DNA from: an uncultured Verrucomicrobiota bacterium
GTDB taxonomy: Bacteria; Verrucomicrobiota; Verrucomicrobiia; Limisphaerales; UBA1100
DNA length: 41,950 nucleotides
NCBI GenBank assembly: GCA_964448875.1
Contig: CAYUXV010000216.1
Span: 1-41,950 of the forward strand
Reading direction: 5' to 3'
Positions within the stretch are counted from its first letter, which is position 1. The number at the start of each line of letters is the position of its first letter. This document shows positions 36,170-41,950 of the stretch, one piece after another. The notes below the pieces were generated by a model that was not told where the DNA came from, did not search any database, and worked only from the letters and a program-made list of their open reading frames with translations. The position numbers and the translations under genes are program-made.

Positions 36170-37507
36170 CTAGGCATCGATGACAAAACAGGTGAGGTAG
36201 TAGGACATGCCGGGTTTGACCTTGCTATCTTCGCCGATGGTGAACTGGGTCATGGTTTCCTTGCCCGTCTTGTGCCAGTAGTTCTTCAGGTTTAACTTGG
36301 CAACGAGATCAGCCGGTTTGTCTGCAATGAAGGGGTGGTATTCGTAAAGGCGCAGTTCCAGTGTGAGACCCTCATAATCTTTTACTGAGCCAGCCGTCAC
36401 CACTGTGCCTGTGACTTTGCTGGAATTGGCTTTGCCTTTTAAGGCAGGCGGCCTGTCTTCAGTGGTGGCGTCTCCCTGCCGCACCACGGTTACGGTCGCA
36501 TCTACTGAAGTTGACTCGCGTGAAGAACCCCTGTCTGGGCCGCGACGTGGTGGCTGTACAGGGATGAGCTGCGGACGTGGCCTGCGTGGCCGTTCCGGGA
36601 TGACCTCGACTTCTCCTTCGTCGGGTACAGTTTCCTCTCCTCTGCCAATGGCTGGCCGGCCAGGGGCCACACGACCACGGTCAGGACGCGGAGGGCGGCC
36701 TTCGAATATGGGTTCAAAGCTCAAGTTAGATCGAACCTGAGGTTGGTCGTTATGGAAAAATTGGGTCTGTGTCAATTTGAGCTGCCATACCTCGCCCGTT
36801 TGTGTGTCGAGTTTGAGGACGACTGCTACGGGCCTGCCATTCTGCTGTACTTGTGTCGGAATAATCTCAAAACGCCCAGGCATATCAGGCATCATTGGCA
36901 TCTGATTAGGCATGCCTCCATCACCAGGCATCATAGGACCACCAATGATGACTGGACCATCAACCGGATGTGGCGGCGGGAAATCAGGGCGTGGCTCAAC
37001 CGGTTCGTCGACTCGAATGGGGGGGACGGGAACTGGCTCAACTCTAACGGGATTTGCTGGCACTTCAACGGCACGACCTTCACGCTCCTGCTTGGGTTGC
37101 TCAAAACTATGGCCTCCAGCTGCAATGCGAAACTCGTCGGCTTTCTTCTCTTTGCTGAGGTATGCCAAGACGATGTCAGTCTTCTTGAGCCGGCGAGGAT
37201 TGCTGGGTCCAACTTCGCCGGGGCCAAACATATAGTAGTGGCTTCGTATTACGATTGCTCCACCCGGGCGAAGGCGCGATTTGGACCGGATAACCCGCAA
37301 TATCTTTGCCTCGTAGGTAATCTGTTGTCGTTTTCCACGTGCAGCGGCCTCGGCTTTCGGGGCTTCTAAAATTTGTACAACCACCACATCAGAAGCATTG
37401 CGTTTCATTTCGTCATAGACAAAAGGAGGCAACTCGGCTTGGACGTGAAACGTTAGGCCGCCGAGAGACAGGCACACAAGACTGGGCAAGCAGGAGAACA
37501 AGTTCAT
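36170..37507 (-). CDS. Exported multidomain hypothetical protein; the C-terminal domain appears interrupted by TAG (frame continues to 36059)
   Basis: Signal peptide ...VQA-ELPP; Pro-rich linkers; LKLDTQTG module; C-terminal beta-rich domain. Confidence 0.7.
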   Translation of the reverse strand: MNLFSCLPSLVCLSLGGLTFHVQAELPPFVYDEMKRNASDVVVVQILEAPKAEAAARGKRQQITYEAKILRVIRSKSRLRPGGAIVIRSHYYMFGPGEVGPSNPRRLKKTDIVLAYLSKEKKADEFRIAAGGHSFEQPKQEREGRAVEVPANPVRVEPVPVPPIRVDEPVEPRPDFPPPHPVDGPVIIGGPMMPGDGGMPNQMPMMPDMPGRFEIIPTQVQQNGRPVAVVLKLDTQTGEVWQLKLTQTQFFHNDQPQVRSNLSFEPIFEGRPPRPDRGRVAPGRPAIGRGEETVPDEGEVEVIPERPRRPRPQLIPVQPPRRGPDRGSSRESTSVDATVTVVRQGDATTEDRPPALKGKANSSKVTGTVVTAGSVKDYEGLTLELRLYEYHPFIADKPADLVAKLNLKNYWHKTGKETMTQFTIGEDSKVKPGMSYYLTCFVIDA

Positions 37508-37567
37508 GATTCTGATCTTTTAGGGTTATATCTAAAATGCAAATTGATAATCTAATCTATACACGGC

Positions 37568-38149
37568 TTATGGTTCACGACGAGGTGCACGGTTTCGACG
37601 CGGTAATGGGCGGACTGGGACTGCTTCTATTGTATCCTCTCTATCCTCGTCAACTTCCACCTCATCCGAATCTGGCCTCCCTGGCATGACACGGCCGTGG
37701 CCATGACCTCTGCGCGGGTTGTGGTCCTGTCCCACTCGCTCGAAATTTAGCTGGGTGCGGGACTGTTGTTTGCCGTTAAGGAAAAATTTTGACTCTGTTA
37801 CCTTCAGCTGCCAAGTCTCTCCGGTCTGGGTGTCGAGCTTCAGGACGACGGCGATGTGCTTGCCCGCTTGTGGTAATTGCACAGTTAGAATCTTATAACG
37901 CCCCGGCATCGGTGGCATCATCATCTCTTCTGGAAATCCAGGCTCAGCCCAGCCCTCATCAGGGTCCATGGGATTTTTTGGAAATTCCTGCCCAGGGAAG
38001 AAATTCGGTGGATGTGGCGCCGGCTCATCGGCGATATCTGGCGGTGGCGCCGGCAGAATGCGAATGGGGCCTTCCTGGCCAGATGCAGGTATTGAGAGTA
38101 GGACACCCGCAGCAGCAAGAAATACGGTAGGCTTCATTTTCATGACCAA
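37568..38149 (-). CDS. Exported hypothetical protein sharing the LKLDTQTG module with the neighbouring gene
   Basis: Signal peptide; MPGRYKI...AVVLKLDTQTGETWQLK. Confidence 0.75.
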   Translation of the reverse strand: MVMKMKPTVFLAAAGVLLSIPASGQEGPIRILPAPPPDIADEPAPHPPNFFPGQEFPKNPMDPDEGWAEPGFPEEMMMPPMPGRYKILTVQLPQAGKHIAVVLKLDTQTGETWQLKVTESKFFLNGKQQSRTQLNFERVGQDHNPRRGHGHGRVMPGRPDSDEVEVDEDREDTIEAVPVRPLPRRNRAPRREP

Positions 38150-38577
38150 ATATTACATTGAAGAATCTACGGGGTAAAGCCGGGCCTAACAGAAAGCATG
38201 CCCAAAAAGGCACCTGTGTCTCTCAAGGTTACTGGTCTGCCCGACGGTACTGGAAACCCTTATTCCCGCGGAGAAATCCGCTTTACCACAAAGTTCAGGA
38301 GGTTGGACGGCGTACAAGTTGACTTGCTCCCGAACGTTTTATTCAAAATTGCAGGATTTAATCCATTTTTCTGTCATATAAATCGAGCTTTCAAGGGGTT
38401 GACCACTTGTTAAAAACCTGTGAGCATCCGTTGGACAGTTTGTGAAAAATGAAGATAAGGCCGTGTTTTTACGTCTATTGAATAACATTTGGATTTCTAA
38501 CATTCACATGATGGAAAAGATTTGCTAGATTGGTTAGAGGAGGAGACGAGTGCCGAAAGGCATATTGACTAACATAA

Positions 38578-40530
38578 ATGGAAGAAGCACCCACAACCGA
38601 AAACAAGCAATCAAAGGGCCTTGGGTTGACTGTTGCGATTGGTGGCTTGGGGATCCTCCTTCTGGGGTTGGGTTGGTATCTCCCTGTATTCAACGGAGAG
38701 TTACACCCGGCGGTTGTCTCGAAGGCGTCACAGCGTGACGACCGTGCCAGGGAGAGCATAGCGCAATTTGGCAACAAATTGTTAGACAACAAATCTCGTC
38801 CATTCAACCCCGAGGCCGCACGCATTGTACAAATGGCTTCCGCTGCAGTGGATATGGACGCCATACGGAAACGCGTTGAGGAAGATGTGAGAAGTGGCAA
38901 AATTAATCGCGAGGATGCGGCCAAGATGCTCGAAGGCCAGAAAGAAGACGATTCAAAAAAGTTAGCCAAATCCCTAGAGAAATATGCCCCGCTGGAAGGT
39001 CCGGCCATGAAAATTTGGCTTTCGTCGCGCAAACGCGAGGGAGTACGCAATAAAAATAAGAACCGCATCGAAGAAGTGGATTTGGAGCCTGCCGTGAAAA
39101 AACGGAATGACGAGGTTCAAATTATTCTGGCCACTCCTGAGAACATGCCGATCTTGGAGGACTTAGATCCGGCCATCGTGTTAGCCGCTTGGTTTCACCA
39201 GCATGCTTTGGTTTGTGAATCATTGGCTGATGAATTGATACAGAAGACAGATAGCGAGAACATTGCTGGCCTTCGCCGTTGTTATCAGGCAGTGGGCACA
39301 TTGGGTGACCTGATGAATAACCACCAACTTGGTGAGTTGATGAAGGTAATCCCGGATATCGATACTCTTGAACGACTGTCGCACATCGCCATGATTCAGG
39401 CCATGTTGCCGCCTTTTCACAGTTTTGGTGATCATAATGACAAGATTCAGATTGGTGAACTGAGTGAGAAGGTTGACGAATCGTTGCGTGATCATTTCGA
39501 TGAGTTTGACACAAATGGTGACGAAGCAATCGATATGCGTGAATGGTTGTCAAAAGGATTCATGCCACTGGAAGGCTGCAGTTTTCCACTGACCTACACG
39601 GCGGTTATATGGGCGGCTAACAAGCCCTTTGGTGAAAACTCGACCGGTGCTGACCCAAGAGCAGCAAAACAGGTGGTCGATTATTTAATGAAGTTTGGTT
39701 TTCGCGGTGATGGATACATTAAGAAAGCAATGAGTGAAGGTCGAGGGGGACTCGATTTCGTGATCAACCGTACGGAGCCCATCAGTGAGCGCAATTCTGA
39801 CGGGTTAAACTTCTTTGCTACACTCAGTCTCCGCAGTCAAGCTACTGCGACGGTGATTCGCTATATGCTGATAGTGTTTGGTGTCTTGCTGCTTGTTCGC
39901 TGCTGGAACTTGCTGGCACCTGTTAGCTACACAAATCCTCGAACTGGGCCGTATCACCGCTGGAGCCGGCAGGCTGTTGCTATGTCCATGATGCTAGTTT
40001 TATTGATGTTCAGCGAGCCCGCGGTCTTCTCTTCAGCCCATGCTTCGGAGTATGATATTGCGGTTAAAGTACCTGTTGCCGAGGAAGACAAACCTAATTT
40101 AGACGATAACAACAACAACCAACCAACCAACTCATTAAATATGATCGCAGCCTGGGAAAATTCGGACATAATCAAAAACGTGGCGATGACCCTTATCTTT
40201 CTCGCCATTCAAGTCGCAGTGTATTTCTTGTGCCTCCGCAAGATTCGTGAGATCGACGAAGATCCCGATGCATCGCCTCGCCTTAAGCTAACACTGCTCG
40301 AGAATGAAGATAATCTTTTTGACATGGGCCTTTATATTGGTATTGCCGGCACCGCGTTGGGGCTTGCGCTAATCATGGTCGACTTTTTTGACAAACCTGT
40401 TGCTGCATACGCATCCAACGTGTTCGGAATTTTATGTGTGGCGGTAGTAAAAATCTGGCATGTCCGTGGAGTGAAGCAAAAGTTGCTCATCCAATGCCGT
40501 GATTCTGAAGGAACAACGTCACAGGCCTAA
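38578..40530 (+). CDS. Multi-pass membrane protein with an EF-hand-like loop and a C-terminal MotA/TolQ/ExbB-like channel segment
   Basis: N-terminal TM, large soluble region with DTNGDEAIDMRE, 2 TM segments, then 3 TM segments with GLYIGIAGTALGL...AAYASNVFG. Confidence 0.65.
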   Translation: MEEAPTTENKQSKGLGLTVAIGGLGILLLGLGWYLPVFNGELHPAVVSKASQRDDRARESIAQFGNKLLDNKSRPFNPEAARIVQMASAAVDMDAIRKRVEEDVRSGKINREDAAKMLEGQKEDDSKKLAKSLEKYAPLEGPAMKIWLSSRKREGVRNKNKNRIEEVDLEPAVKKRNDEVQIILATPENMPILEDLDPAIVLAAWFHQHALVCESLADELIQKTDSENIAGLRRCYQAVGTLGDLMNNHQLGELMKVIPDIDTLERLSHIAMIQAMLPPFHSFGDHNDKIQIGELSEKVDESLRDHFDEFDTNGDEAIDMREWLSKGFMPLEGCSFPLTYTAVIWAANKPFGENSTGADPRAAKQVVDYLMKFGFRGDGYIKKAMSEGRGGLDFVINRTEPISERNSDGLNFFATLSLRSQATATVIRYMLIVFGVLLLVRCWNLLAPVSYTNPRTGPYHRWSRQAVAMSMMLVLLMFSEPAVFSSAHASEYDIAVKVPVAEEDKPNLDDNNNNQPTNSLNMIAAWENSDIIKNVAMTLIFLAIQVAVYFLCLRKIREIDEDPDASPRLKLTLLENEDNLFDMGLYIGIAGTALGLALIMVDFFDKPVAAYASNVFGILCVAVVKIWHVRGVKQKLLIQCRDSEGTTSQA

Positions 40531-40543
40531 ACCCTCAAATCCC

Positions 40544-41950
40544 ATGAATAAGACTCTGTTGTTAATGCTAATCGACTTTCTCCTGCTGCACATCATTCAT
40601 GATTCGCCGTGGGATAAGATCGAAAAGAAAACCGCCCGTCACGGTGGAGCTACGCAAACTTTTGCAAAGCACATGGATGAGATGAATTTTGTGCGCTTGC
40701 AGCTTAAACAAGAGAGTACAGACAGGCAGCTATTGGCTGGCGACCTACGTAAGACTCAGAGCGATCTTGAAGAAACTGAAGGCGAGTTGAATGCTACACA
40801 GGGCAAATTGGATAAAACCGAGGAAGAGCGACTGATTGCCCTTAAAGATGCTAGAGAGAGAGGCACATTAGCTGAAGAACGAGCGAAGCAGCTGCAAGAG
40901 CAAAAGGACATTCTCGCGCAGAAGGAGAAGGACATCAAGGATCGTGATGGCACTATAGCAAAACGCGACTCTACGCTTAAGGAATTTGACACCAAGATAA
41001 ACAACCTCACCAAGGAACGTGATGGGCTGAAGAGCGATAAAGCCTCCCTAACTGATGAAAAAAAGGATTTAACGGCAAAGGTCGATAACTTGACCAAGGA
41101 CAAAGACGCTCTAACCGTCCAAAACACTGGCCTGCAAAAGGAAAACGCTCAGCTGACCACGGACAATAATGGGCTTAAGAGAGACAACAATACACTAACA
41201 GCTAACTACAAGACATCTTCTGGTCGGGTGATCGCCCTGAACGGCCAACTTCAAGCCGCGAAGACTACTGTTGTTGCTCTACAAGGAGATAAAGACAGGT
41301 TGGAGAATGAAAATACGAACCTTGCTTCGGCAAAAGAAAAGCTCGGTAATGATCTTGCGGCAGCCAGTTCTCGTGCAGCCAGCCTTGACGGCCAATTGGT
41401 CGAGGAGAAAAAACGATCAGGGACGCTAAACGTGCAGCTTGCCGTGGTTAAAGACCGACAAGCAGAAACCGACAAGCAACTCGCAGTTGCAACAAAAGAA
41501 CGAGAAGAAGCTACAAAGACGGTCGAACGTGTAGTTAAAACTAATGAGGATTTGCGCGAAAATATACAACGAGTCGCCGAGTTAGCTCAGAGAGACGCCC
41601 GTGCCGCACTAGAGGAGACTAAGGAATTAGCCCGAAAACAAGCTCGTGATCCTTCTGAGTTATACAATGAGTATGTACGTAATCTTGTCCCATTGAGCAT
41701 GCAGCTTAATGGTAGTGGAGGTATCGTTTATAAAAACAACAAGCCGATTGCAGCACCAAAAAATCTGAAAGGATTGGCTCAGCCTGTTCTTGTACAAGGA
41801 AAAGAGTATCTCTACGCATTGGTTCATAGTAGTCAAACCCCTTTTGATCTTGAAAAGGCAGGCTTGACTTGGAAAACCGCAAACGGTGCCTTTTATAAGG
41901 GTGGGAAAACCGTGCCAGTACACTGGTTGGGTTTCATGAAAAAAGACCCG
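40544..41950 (+). CDS. N-terminal Asp-containing TM plus long coiled-coil protein (MotB/ExbD-like anchor); 3'-truncated by the window edge and absent from the ORF track
   Basis: Hand translation: MNKTLLLMLIDFLLLHIIHDSPW..., with heptad repeats (LTKERDGLKSDKASLTDEKKDL...). I found no stop in the 469 codons to the window end. Confidence 0.8.
   Translation, partial: MNKTLLLMLIDFLLLHIIHDSPWDKIEKKTARHGGATQTFAKHMDEMNFVRLQLKQESTDRQLLAGDLRKTQSDLEETEGELNATQGKLDKTEEERLIALKDARERGTLAEERAKQLQEQKDILAQKEKDIKDRDGTIAKRDSTLKEFDTKINNLTKERDGLKSDKASLTDEKKDLTAKVDNLTKDKDALTVQNTGLQKENAQLTTDNNGLKRDNNTLTANYKTSSGRVIALNGQLQAAKTTVVALQGDKDRLENENTNLASAKEKLGNDLAAASSRAASLDGQLVEEKKRSGTLNVQLAVVKDRQAETDKQLAVATKEREEATKTVERVVKTNEDLRENIQRVAELAQRDARAALEETKELARKQARDPSELYNEYVRNLVPLSMQLNGSGGIVYKNNKPIAAPKNLKGLAQPVLVQGKEYLYALVHSSQTPFDLEKAGLTWKTANGAFYKGGKTVPVHWLGFMKKDP

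Noticed and set aside
38198-38413. 71-aa ORF in the long intergenic region
   Set aside because: It has no recognisable motifs or SD, and the region looks like divergent promoter DNA.
38578-41950. Zorya (ZorAB) defence system
   Set aside because: The architecture differs: the channel-like segment is C-terminal in A, and the coiled coil is on the B-like protein. No OmpA-like domain or zorC/D/E is visible in the window.
1-41950. CRISPR arrays, IS elements, integrases, tRNA or rRNA
   Set aside because: No regularly spaced repeats, transposase or recombinase motifs, or cloverleaf/rRNA signatures were recognised by eye.

Overview
Gene-dense bacterial chromosomal window. The gene content points to Verrucomicrobiota, possibly subdivision 3/Pedosphaerales-like; this is inferred from the long-form GreA, PVC-type CxxCH dehydrogenases, a sulfatase and a GYF_2 protein. 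It carries housekeeping genes (greA, aroB, trpG/pabA, rsmB, nagB-like, YccA) and carbohydrate/redox enzymes. I found no mobile elements, CRISPR arrays, rRNA or tRNA. The most notable unannotated signals are: (1) a promoter-driven 6S-like structured RNA at ~4154-4310; (2) a NarL-type two-component module (PAS-HisKA_3 kinase plus two paralogous regulators) with a palindromic TAAGGG-N3-CCCTTA box upstream of four of its units, followed by a sigma28-promoter-like orphan gene and three unannotated single-TM microproteins; (3) a MotA/ExbB-like plus Asp-TM/long coiled-coil gene pair at the right edge, whose second ORF is missing from the track; (4) a class II aldolase translationally coupled between ComD- and ComE-like TPP decarboxylase subunits; (5) an in-frame TAG splitting a C-terminal domain at 36170. 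All family calls come from motif recognition by eye; no database searches were run.
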